A DNA stretch of 64,000 nt from Deferribacterales bacterium. Its GTDB lineage: Bacteria > Chrysiogenota > Deferribacteres > Deferribacterales > Geovibrionaceae. A model generated the notes under the pieces. It saw only the letters and a list, made by a program, of their open reading frames with translations. It was not told the DNA's origin and did no database searches. This document shows positions 28,923-38,003 of this stretch, piece by piece. The DNA lies in NCBI GenBank assembly GCA_050251875.1, contig JBFWMA010000008.1, positions 32,001 through 96,000 of the forward strand. The letters run 5' to 3'. Position numbers and translations under genes: made by a program. The first letter of the stretch is position 1; every line of letters starts with the position of its first letter.

Positions 28923-29924
28923 CTATTTTCTATATATGGAATATATCACATACCCCAGAATAAGGAGCCATACCACCGCCAGCGGCAGCAGCACCTTGAA
29001 ATAAAACGGAAGTGATCTGAAATCTATAAAAGGCTTATGGGCATACAGCCCGACTTTCAGTTTTTTCATCAGTTCATATACGCTGGTATAGCTCACGGGT
29101 TTCACCCATCCGGCGTACCTGCTCTCTGCCAGCACTTTATCATCCGGCGGGATGGATATCAGAATCTTCTGTATCTCCGCCACAATCTCCTGATCTATCC
29201 CCTCTCTGGCGGAGAAAGCCCACTCCGGATACAGCTTTGTGCTGTGCATCTGGGGCAGCTCATCATGCACGGCGTGCAGAACCTTGATATCTTTCAGGTT
29301 CAGTCTGCCGTTCTTCGCCATGCGTTCTAATATGCCGGAACGCACAGTTCCGGCATCCGCCTTGCCGTCCAGAACATAGTCAACCACTCTGTCCTGGGTT
29401 CCGGTGAAAACCACATTGAAATCGCTGTATTCCCGCAGACCGACATCACGGATTTCGCTGAGCCCCATCCAGTATGCTCCGAACCCCTCCGGGTCGATGG
29501 CGGCGAGAGTTTTTCCCTTCATATCTTTCAGATCGGTGATGGAGCTGTTCTCTGTCTTGGTGAAGACCACGGCGGAAAAATAAGGCAGCGCCTTTCCCTC
29601 ATACTGATTGATAAGTGTCAGGAAAATATTGGTATTATACTTCTCTTTAAGCTGAACAGCCTCCGCCGGCTGTGTGATGACAAAGTCTATCTCTTTGTTC
29701 TCCACCAGCTTGCGCATCTGTTCGAACCCGAACACGGGCATGAGGTTAAAGGAGTATCTGTTCTGTCTGCTGTCCAGATATTTCAGCGTGGGCGTCCACC
29801 GCTGATATGAGAGCTGAACGCCGTTATAGGCTCTGACTCCCACCGTAAAAACTTTTTCTCTGTCAGCATAAGCAGAAGTAGCTAAAACGCACATCATTAA
29901 AATAATAAAAGCCAACCTACTCAT
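28923..29924 (-). CDS. PhnD-fold (TtrS-sensor-like) periplasmic binding protein with C-terminal membrane anchor
   Basis: Signal peptide, WTPTLKYL, FVITQP, ADAGTVRSG and STKLYPEWAF motifs, C-terminal TM. Confidence 0.75.
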   Translation of the reverse strand: MSRLAFIILMMCVLATSAYADREKVFTVGVRAYNGVQLSYQRWTPTLKYLDSRQNRYSFNLMPVFGFEQMRKLVENKEIDFVITQPAEAVQLKEKYNTNIFLTLINQYEGKALPYFSAVVFTKTENSSITDLKDMKGKTLAAIDPEGFGAYWMGLSEIRDVGLREYSDFNVVFTGTQDRVVDYVLDGKADAGTVRSGILERMAKNGRLNLKDIKVLHAVHDELPQMHSTKLYPEWAFSAREGIDQEIVAEIQKILISIPPDDKVLAESRYAGWVKPVSYTSVYELMKKLKVGLYAHKPFIDFRSLPFYFKVLLPLAVVWLLILGYVIYSIYRK

Positions 29925-31900
29925 AAATTAATGTCTCCATCCTTAGCCACAGGCAAAATTAATGTGAATACCGCTCCATCTCCGGTGTTTTCGGCGGTTA
30001 TTCTTCCGTTCATATGTTTTTCTATTATGCTTTTTGTCATATACAGCCCGATACCTGTTCCGTGCTCCTCCGATTTGGTGGTGAAATACGGGTCAAATAT
30101 CCTGCCGATTATATTATTGTCTATACCCCCGCCGTTGTCCGTCACCTTCAGGCTGATGTTGGTTCCGTCACTCTCCATGAAGATATCCAGCATACCCTCT
30201 TCTATCTCCTGTCTGGATATTCTGGCGAGTATGGCGTCTTTCGAGTTCTGCACGAGATTCAGCACGGCCTGTTTCAGCTCGCCGGGAAAACCGTTCACCA
30301 GTGAATTCGTACACTCGCAGTCCGGCTTTTCGGCTGTGATCTCCGCATATTCATAAAAAGAATCATTGCACCTGCATCTGAACCGCAGGGCGATTCCGTT
30401 ATATTTCATCTGAGCGCTGATAAGCCGGATGACCTCCGTGACGTTCACCACCATCGGAAAGGTCTTTATAGTCTTATCCGTGCGGAAAAAATTCCTGAAA
30501 TCGTCAATGGTGCTGGACATGTGCATCAGCATGGACATTATCTTGTTCTCGAACTCTTCCGCCTCCGTGCCGGAGAGCCTGTTTTCACGGTAGTTGATAA
30601 CAAAGCTCTGCACGCTCAGACCGATGATGTTCAGCGGCTGGCGCCACTGGTGGGCTATGGCGTTCACCATCTGCCCCATGTCCACAAACTTCTGCTGGTC
30701 GAAAAGAAGCTGTTCGTTCTTCAGCCTCTTTCCTGTCTCCTGCTTAACCATCTGCTCAAGCTGGTTGTTGATCTCTTCCAGCTCGATCTCCCTCTTCTTT
30801 ATCAGCTTAATCATATCATTATAAAGACTGACAAGCTCGCCTATCTCATCGTCACGCTCGATGGTGATCAGAGTTTTATAATCCACTGACTCGATGTTTT
30901 TAACAGCCTGCCCCAGCTCTTTCAGAGGTCTGGAAACCATGCGGTGCAGGATGAAAAAGCTGATAGGCACAACAGCCAGAAAGATGAAAGCCAGCATGGC
31001 GAGGAACCCCATGGCTATGTTTCTGCTGATGTCGGAGGAGAAAAAATCCGTGGTGTAAAAGACAAAATCCACCGTCAGCCCGTCTTTGATAACCCAGCGC
31101 TGATACATTATATTTTTGCCGTCTTTTCTGATTATAGATTTCGGGTCGGTATAGCTCATGGGAAACAGCAGGCTGACTTTTTCCGGAGCCTGCACGGCGC
31201 TTCTGAATACGGACTGACCGTTGATGAAATACAGAAAGGTCATACCGCCCACATCAGATACCTGCCTTAGAAAACCGCTGTTCAGCACTGTGGCGGTCAT
31301 CAGGCGGAAAACGCCCCTGTCCGACTGCCGTTCCTGAAAATATTCCACGGCGAGCTGTCCGCTGAGCTCTGAAAAGATGAATCCGTCATCGGAAAAATGT
31401 GTGTGGGTGAGAAATTCGTTGATAAAAGCGGTGTTACCGGAATTCGGCACGTTGTCTCCGTCCAGCATCAGGACGGTGTGTCCGGAGAGCGCCTCATATC
31501 CGGAATAGTAAGTGTCGTTATCGTTGAAAGCGAAAACAACAGGACGACCGCCGCTGTCGAATATGGCGGTGATGCCCAGCCCGCCCAGATCGGCGGATTC
31601 TTCCAGATATTTCGCCGCCTGCCGTCTGCCGGTGTCTGTGTCCAGCGGCAGAGATGTCAGAATATGCGAAGACGACAGCAGATCACTGCTGTTTTTTATA
31701 TCGTTCTGCTTTTTGATTATCAGTCTGTTCAGCACTGTGAAGGCATTATGGAAATAAGAAGACGCCCTGACCCTGCTGCTGTTGAGCTGCATGTTATAGA
31801 TGGTAAAGGCAAATACCGTACACATCAGAAGCACGGTAAAGAGCACAAATAAAAATATTTTCAGTTTTATGCTTCTAAAAACATACTTCAGCAACCGCAA
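29921..31900 (-). CDS. Membrane sensor histidine kinase (HAMP-HisKA-HATPase)
   Basis: Two TMs, HAMP (DEIGEL), IAHQWRQPL H-box, DNGGG, GTGIGLY. Confidence 0.9.
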   Translation of the reverse strand: MRLLKYVFRSIKLKIFLFVLFTVLLMCTVFAFTIYNMQLNSSRVRASSYFHNAFTVLNRLIIKKQNDIKNSSDLLSSSHILTSLPLDTDTGRRQAAKYLEESADLGGLGITAIFDSGGRPVVFAFNDNDTYYSGYEALSGHTVLMLDGDNVPNSGNTAFINEFLTHTHFSDDGFIFSELSGQLAVEYFQERQSDRGVFRLMTATVLNSGFLRQVSDVGGMTFLYFINGQSVFRSAVQAPEKVSLLFPMSYTDPKSIIRKDGKNIMYQRWVIKDGLTVDFVFYTTDFFSSDISRNIAMGFLAMLAFIFLAVVPISFFILHRMVSRPLKELGQAVKNIESVDYKTLITIERDDEIGELVSLYNDMIKLIKKREIELEEINNQLEQMVKQETGKRLKNEQLLFDQQKFVDMGQMVNAIAHQWRQPLNIIGLSVQSFVINYRENRLSGTEAEEFENKIMSMLMHMSSTIDDFRNFFRTDKTIKTFPMVVNVTEVIRLISAQMKYNGIALRFRCRCNDSFYEYAEITAEKPDCECTNSLVNGFPGELKQAVLNLVQNSKDAILARISRQEIEEGMLDIFMESDGTNISLKVTDNGGGIDNNIIGRIFDPYFTTKSEEHGTGIGLYMTKSIIEKHMNGRITAENTGDGAVFTLILPVAKDGDINL

Positions 31901-31999
31901 GACGAACTCCGCAATGTCAACCTTTATTAAAATTTTAATCTATTACGAAGTAAATATAAACACAAATTATGATGCAGTTCCATCTTCATGAAAAAGTGT

Positions 32000-33190
32000 C
32001 TATATTCCGCCCTTGCTTTTAAGCCATTTATAAAGAAAAGGCCAGCCGCCTAAAACCAGAACGCAGACGGATGTGGTTAATATCCCATAAAACGCTATGG
32101 GGTTTTCCCACGGCTGGGTCACCGCCCACATGCACAGAGCGCCCGCCATGAACTGATAGAAAACCATAAAAGAAGAGGCTGAGCCGATATCTGTCCTGAC
32201 CTGTTCCAGAACCAGACTGGAACTGACCGGACGGCTGAACCCCACGAAGAAAGAGAAGATGAACATCGAGTTCGCGAAATATATATATCCTTTTCCGCCG
32301 AGCAGATAAACGGACAGACCGCCCACCAGCATGCCGGAAAAGCTGACGGTGAGCATCTTCGCCTGTGACAGAACGGAAGATATGCGGGCGCTGGTGAAAG
32401 ACCCCGCCATGGCGAAAACGGCGTTCACTCCGAAAAGCACGCTGAAAAAATGCTCTGACAGTCCGAAAATCTTCATATAGACAATAGGTGAAAAAGCGAT
32501 GAAACCATAAAACGGAGCCACGGACAAACCCATCAGGGTGGTAGCGGCGGCATATTCCTTCATGAAAAGCAGTTTTCTGTATCTGGCAAAGGCGGAAAGC
32601 ACACTTCCGGGGTGCAGTTCTTTCGCCGTCTCCTCATATCCCAGAGCGATCACGGTGGTTATCAGAACCATAGCGCCCTGGGTGAAGAATATCAGTCTCC
32701 AGCTCCCCAGTCCCAGCAGAAATGAACCGATGGACGGAGCCACCATAGGCGCCACGGCGAGTATCACGCCGATGTACGCCAGCGCCTTCTGTCTGTCCGA
32801 TCCGGTGTATCTGTCACGGCATATCGCCATAACCATGGATGACGGAGCGGCGGCGCCCATACCCTGAATAATCCTGAAAACGATCAGCATGACAGGTCCG
32901 GTGGAAAGCCCGCACATCACGCTGGAAACCACAAAAGTAGCCAGACCGAAAAGCAGCACAGGTCTGCGCCCGAATTTGTCCGAGAGTGGACCAAATATCA
33001 GCAGAGACAGGCTGAAAGAGGCGAACCACAGAACCAGCGACAGATTGACAATAGATATATCCACATTCCATCCGGCGGCAATCTTCGGAATGGCTGCCAG
33101 ATACATGTCGGTGGACAGAGGCGGTGTCGCCCCCACCATGGACAGAAAGATAAGGTAAAGGGATGGATTCTTTATTTTGAAAAATGTCAT
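32000..33190 (-). CDS. Bcr/CflA family MFS drug efflux transporter
   Basis: STDMYL and GPLSDKFGRRPVL motifs; about 12 TMs. Confidence 0.9.
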   Translation of the reverse strand: MTFFKIKNPSLYLIFLSMVGATPPLSTDMYLAAIPKIAAGWNVDISIVNLSLVLWFASFSLSLLIFGPLSDKFGRRPVLLFGLATFVVSSVMCGLSTGPVMLIVFRIIQGMGAAAPSSMVMAICRDRYTGSDRQKALAYIGVILAVAPMVAPSIGSFLLGLGSWRLIFFTQGAMVLITTVIALGYEETAKELHPGSVLSAFARYRKLLFMKEYAAATTLMGLSVAPFYGFIAFSPIVYMKIFGLSEHFFSVLFGVNAVFAMAGSFTSARISSVLSQAKMLTVSFSGMLVGGLSVYLLGGKGYIYFANSMFIFSFFVGFSRPVSSSLVLEQVRTDIGSASSFMVFYQFMAGALCMWAVTQPWENPIAFYGILTTSVCVLVLGGWPFLYKWLKSKGGI

Positions 33191-33314
33191 TGGTTTTGAT
33201 TCTCCGTAAAATAATCGCAACGATTAATTAAACTATCACCCTGCGGAAATAATACAATATAAAATATTTTCTGGAAGCCCGTCATTCTATAATGTATCAT
33301 TAAGACAAGAGGTC

Positions 33315-34286
33315 ATGATGCATAACGATTTTATCAAACACAGCTATCTTCTCCCCGAAAAAAACACATGGATCAGTCTGGACGGTAAAATGCCCACCGA
33401 CAGCATCCCCTATAAGCTGTGCTGGCTGCACATGGAATGCGACAACGAAAAAACGAAAGAGTGGATGTATGAGCAGGACGACATAGACGAAGTCATCATA
33501 GAAGCCCTGCTGGCGGAGGACACCCGCCCCAGAACCACGATATATCCCGATGGATATCTGATAAACCTAAGAGGCGTGAATCTGGACAGCGAGGAAGACC
33601 CCCACGACATGATATCCATACGCATGTTTGTGCAGAACAAAAGAATCATTTCCACTTCCAGAAAACAGCTCCACGCCGTGGACGATCTGGCGGCACTTCT
33701 GAAAACGGAGGACGCCCCCGAAACCCCCGGAAACATAGTGGCGGCTGTGCTGGATATTCTGGCGGACAGAGCGGAGACCTTCATCATTGAGCTGAAAGAG
33801 AGCACATATGACCTGGAATACAAAATTATAGACGAGGCGGACATAAACCAGAGACGTCAGATCACCGAGATCAGGCGGGCGGTGATAAAATTCTCCCGTT
33901 TCTTCTCTCCCCAGCGTGACGCCGCTCTGAAGCTCACCACCATCAAGGGCAGTTTCTTCTCTGTGTCCGATGAACAGAGTATTCAGGAGAGCATAAACAA
34001 ACTGAACAAATTCATAGAGGATCTGGACTCGCTGGATAACCGCTGTTATGTGCTTCAGGACGAGGTAGCCGCCATCACCAACGAGCGCATAAACAAAAAG
34101 ATGTATTTCATCTCCGTAATGGCTACTGTCTTTCTGCCGCTGTCTTTTCTGACTGGTCTTCTCGGGGTGAATCTGGGCGGAATTCCGGGCGCGCGTGATG
34201 ATATGGGTTTTCTGAAATTCATCCTGGTGCTTCTGGCTGTTCTGGCTCTCCAGATTATACTTCTCGTGAAGTCAAAAAAGCTATGA
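33315..34286 (+). CDS. zntB: ZntB/CorA family divalent cation transporter
   Basis: ETRPR-like DTRPR, INLRGVN and FLPLSFLTGLLGVNLGGIPG (GVN variant). Confidence 0.85.
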   Translation: MMHNDFIKHSYLLPEKNTWISLDGKMPTDSIPYKLCWLHMECDNEKTKEWMYEQDDIDEVIIEALLAEDTRPRTTIYPDGYLINLRGVNLDSEEDPHDMISIRMFVQNKRIISTSRKQLHAVDDLAALLKTEDAPETPGNIVAAVLDILADRAETFIIELKESTYDLEYKIIDEADINQRRQITEIRRAVIKFSRFFSPQRDAALKLTTIKGSFFSVSDEQSIQESINKLNKFIEDLDSLDNRCYVLQDEVAAITNERINKKMYFISVMATVFLPLSFLTGLLGVNLGGIPGARDDMGFLKFILVLLAVLALQIILLVKSKKL

Positions 34287-34289
34287 TTT

Positions 34290-34553
34290 TTAATTTTCCT
34301 TACAAATACTTGACAATTTGAATTCTTTGTTCAATTCATAGCTCGCTTGTTTAAGCACCTTAGAGATGATTTTTTCTATCTTTTTTTCAGTATCAACATC
34401 TGTGTCGATGATAAATTTTTTCTGCTGACCCGAATAAGTCAGAGAAAAAACGTGTTCGTTACCAGATAGTTTACTGACAAATAAGTGGACACAGCCGAGA
34501 CAGATCACATCTGACTCAATGCCCATGCCCTCAACAAAAAAATTGTATCTCAT
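34290..34553 (-). CDS. Small hypothetical protein
   Basis: 87-aa AT-rich ORF with GGAG RBS. Confidence 0.5.
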   Translation of the reverse strand: MRYNFFVEGMGIESDVICLGCVHLFVSKLSGNEHVFSLTYSGQQKKFIIDTDVDTEKKIEKIISKVLKQASYELNKEFKLSSICKEN

Positions 34554-34702
34554 TTTTATCTCCAGGACATAATTTAATTATAAGAAAACTTACAATTTTT
34601 ACAAGTCATTTCGGTGCATATTTAAACATTTAGGATAATTTATGATTCATTTATGCCAAAAATATGGTAAAAACAGATATAAACAATTTATTGGAGCTGA
34701 AA

Positions 34703-36301
34703 ATGGATTTAACAATTAAAAAGAAACTTTTCATCCCCATATTCCTGGTTTTCGTTATTGTGCTCGGTTCCTTTGCCATGAACTGGGTTATCATCTCCGG
34801 TCAGGAGTCTGACGGACTGGTGATTAACTTAGGCGGACGGCAGAGAATGTTCTCCCAGAAAATGACTAAGGAACTTCTGATCTATGCCGTGAGCGAGGGC
34901 GAATCGAGGGAGAAGGCAAAATCCACTCTCGAGAACACCATGAAAAATTTTGAAATAACTCTCAACGCTCTCAAAGAATCCGGAAAAGCTCCTCTCACCG
35001 CCGATCTGAACGGTGAGTACGCATATATCAAAAAGGCGGATGAGCCCGCCTATTCCCAGCTGGGGACTGTTCAGGGCATATGGAAAGAGTTCAAGGATCA
35101 TGTGGCGAAATATCTCGAAACCAACGAGAAGGAAGAGCTGCAATGGGTTCTGGACAACAACCTGAAACTGCTGGGCGAGATGAACAAAGCCGTGGGAATG
35201 ATTCAGCAGGCATCCGACAGCAAAGTGAAAATGATGTTCAGATTCCAGATCATATCAGTGGTCGTCACAGTTATCGCTATCATTTTCCTCTCTATAGCTT
35301 CTAAGATACTCATAGGATTCTTAAATACATTCCGTGACAGGATGCTGGACATAGCCGAGGGCAACGGCGACCTGACAAAAAGGCTGAACGTGAAGAGCAA
35401 AGACGAGATCGGCATGGCGGCGAAATATGTGGACGAGTTCATAGCCACTGTGCACAGCGTGGTTGTCTCCGCTAAAAAGAACTCTGAGGAGACCCACGAT
35501 TCCAGCTACCGCCTGACAGACACCGCCAACAATCTGTCTGAAAACATTCACCAGCAGCTCGAGCTGGTTTCTAAAACCGGAGAACTAACCAACGAAGTGG
35601 GACAGGCTCTGGATGTTACCGAAGAGATGGCTATCACCACCACAGAGGTAATAGAGAAGAGCAACAAACAGCTTTCGGATTTCACCGAACAGCTCAGCAG
35701 TTTTTCAAAATTCATTATCGCAGACAGCAAGAAGCAGTCTGACCTGTCCGATAAAATAAAATCGCTCAACGAGCAGATGGATCAGATATCCAGCGTTCTG
35801 GAGATGATCGCCGATATCGCCGACCAAACCAATCTTCTGGCGCTGAACGCCTCCATAGAGGCGGCGAGAGCCGGAGAACACGGAAGAGGATTCGCAGTGG
35901 TGGCGGACGAAGTGCGCAAGCTGGCGGAGAGAACTCAGGCGTCTCTTGGCACCATCAACAGCACCACGTCAGAGCTGGTTATGAGCGTGGAAAGCATCAG
36001 CAAAGAGACAGACAAACTGTCCAAAGAGATGCTGACTATAGCCGACAAATCCAATGATCTGATGTCGCACGCAGACGACACAAAAGAGGAGCTGAGCATT
36101 TCTCTGGACACATCAGCCCAGCTAGTGGCGAAAACCACACTAATAGCCACCAGAACCAAAGAACTGATAACTATTATGGAAACCCTGCTCAGGCTCTCCG
36201 AGGCGAACACCCGCTCCGGAGACAACGTGAACGAGATCGCCAACACTCTTAATTTTAAAGCATCAGAGCTGGCGGCAATGCTCAGACAGTTTCAGGTATA
36301 A
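34703..36301 (+). CDS. Methyl-accepting chemotaxis protein with PilJ/NarX-like sensor domain
   Basis: [13 protein letters not shown] periplasmic motif, [39 protein letters not shown]. Confidence 0.92.
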   Translation: MDLTIKKKLFIPIFLVFVIVLGSFAMNWVIISGQESDGLVINLGGRQRMFSQKMTKELLIYAVSEGESREKAKSTLENTMKNFEITLNALKESGKAPLTADLNGEYAYIKKADEPAYSQLGTVQGIWKEFKDHVAKYLETNEKEELQWVLDNNLKLLGEMNKAVGMIQQASDSKVKMMFRFQIISVVVTVIAIIFLSIASKILIGFLNTFRDRMLDIAEGNGDLTKRLNVKSKDEIGMAAKYVDEFIATVHSVVVSAKKNSEETHDSSYRLTDTANNLSENIHQQLELVSKTGELTNEVGQALDVTEEMAITTTEVIEKSNKQLSDFTEQLSSFSKFIIADSKKQSDLSDKIKSLNEQMDQISSVLEMIADIADQTNLLALNASIEAARAGEHGRGFAVVADEVRKLAERTQASLGTINSTTSELVMSVESISKETDKLSKEMLTIADKSNDLMSHADDTKEELSISLDTSAQLVAKTTLIATRTKELITIMETLLRLSEANTRSGDNVNEIANTLNFKASELAAMLRQFQV

Positions 36302-36309
36302 AAAAACAG

Positions 36310-36465
36310 GCGGTCATCACGACCGCCTTTCTATTATTTTTACAGAAAAAGTTAATCCTAAACTTTTTCTGATGACGCTACAATCGGCAAAGCCTCATTG
36401 CGCTCACGTTACGCTGCGCTCCACGGATTTCATCCATGAAATCTGCGGTCATCACGACCGCCTTT
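36310..36465. repeat. Hairpin-rich intergenic element flanked by 21-bp direct repeats (MITE-like)
   Basis: GCGGTCATCACGACCGCCTTT at 36310-36330 and 36445-36465. Internal hairpins CAGAAAAAGTT/AACTTTTTCTG and GATTTCAT-CC-ATGAAATC. Confidence 0.6.
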
Positions 36466-37792
36466 TTAATTTATCTATCTTTCTGATATAGCTTTCGGTG
36501 TCGAACTTAGCCCGGCATCCGTTAGCGTTCATATATCTTATCTTGCCGAATACCGGTCTTTCGAACCAGGCTCTGTCATGAACCCCGCAGACGCTCCACG
36601 CCACGCCGACATATCCGTTAGGGTCTCTGCCGTCCAGCGCCAGAGTGTCGTTCAGACTGAGAGCGTATTCGAAAGCGGTTTCAGGATCCGGCGTCCACTC
36701 CAGAATCTTCTTCGCCCAGTACATCCGCATATATCCGTGCATCTTTCCTGTGACGATCATCTCATTCTGGGCGGCGTTCCACAGAGGATCGTGCGTAAGC
36801 CCTTTCTGAAAAACGTCATAGTCATAGACATATTCACGGGCATCATGCCTGTGCTCATCCAGTGTTTTCAGAGCCCAGCCGTCCGCTCCGTTTATGCTGT
36901 CATAGTCCGGATTATACAGACAGTAATTATCCGAAAGCTCACGGCGCACTATCATCTCTTCCAGATACGCCTCCTTGTCGCTGTCGGGCGCATCAGAGCG
37001 CTTCACCTCCAGAGCCGCTCTCTGTGGAGCCAGCTGTCCGAAGTGAAAATATGGGGATAAATTAGACTGAGCGTCCAGATTAGGATTGTTGCGGTCTTTG
37101 TCATATCCTGAAAGCCTGAAGTTTATGAAATCATCCAGAGCTTTTTCAGCCGCCAGACATCCGGAATCATAGCCGAACCTGTGTCCTTTCAGATATGCCT
37201 CCGCCCTCGCCGCTCCGTCATCTCCGCCGTATGAAAATTTATTCTGCCGGGGACTGAGCTTTGGAAATTCCACTAAAAATTCAGAAAGGAGCCTGTTTAT
37301 CTTCGGGCGGATAGTTCTGGCGGCATATTCTTTCTTATCAGACACATAGAAAGCCGGAACGATATTATGGGCGTCCACCTCATAAAAAGCGGCGCTGATT
37401 CGCTCCGCCACTTTCTCTTTCCATTTTACGCTGATTTTCAAGGGTGAAAAATCTGCTACAAGACACCCTGCCCCTGTATCGGACATGAAACGGGGGATCT
37501 CCTCCTCCGGAGCGCCGAAAAGTATGAAAAACGGGATATTCAGCTCATCCAGCCCGGCTCTGATCTGGCGGAAATTCTCCGCCATGAAGGAATAATGCTC
37601 CGCCGAAGCGCCTATGAATTCCGGCACCAGGTTGAAAACCACCGCCACAGAGGTGTTAAGAGCCTCCGCCGTCCTGACGGCGCAGATGAGCGCCCAGTTG
37701 TCAGAAACCCTCTGCTCCCGGGACATCCAGTATACCACCGGACCCTTTTCACACTTTATATTGTTCAGTTTTCTTATGCGGCGTTTGTCCAT
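36452..37792 (-). CDS. phr: Class II CPD DNA photolyase
   Basis: VVYWMSREQRVSDNWAL, EVDAHNIVP, LSPYFHFGQ, GKMHGYMRMYWAKKILEW and DGRDPNG motifs. Confidence 0.93.
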   Translation of the reverse strand: MDKRRIRKLNNIKCEKGPVVYWMSREQRVSDNWALICAVRTAEALNTSVAVVFNLVPEFIGASAEHYSFMAENFRQIRAGLDELNIPFFILFGAPEEEIPRFMSDTGAGCLVADFSPLKISVKWKEKVAERISAAFYEVDAHNIVPAFYVSDKKEYAARTIRPKINRLLSEFLVEFPKLSPRQNKFSYGGDDGAARAEAYLKGHRFGYDSGCLAAEKALDDFINFRLSGYDKDRNNPNLDAQSNLSPYFHFGQLAPQRAALEVKRSDAPDSDKEAYLEEMIVRRELSDNYCLYNPDYDSINGADGWALKTLDEHRHDAREYVYDYDVFQKGLTHDPLWNAAQNEMIVTGKMHGYMRMYWAKKILEWTPDPETAFEYALSLNDTLALDGRDPNGYVGVAWSVCGVHDRAWFERPVFGKIRYMNANGCRAKFDTESYIRKIDKLKRRS

Positions 37793-38003
37793 GTGTCATA
37801 TTACCATCTGGCTGAGACAGACTCAATAATATATTAACCTCTCAGTATAAAAATATTTACCATAGGTGAATAGTAGTCAGAAAGCAAATTAGATTAGCTT
37901 TTACGGAAATGTACTATATAATTATAATTATAAGATAGCCATTTTGACAACAGTGTTTACACGGTTGAATTCAGTATGTTCTTTACAGACATGGAGAAGA
38001 AAC

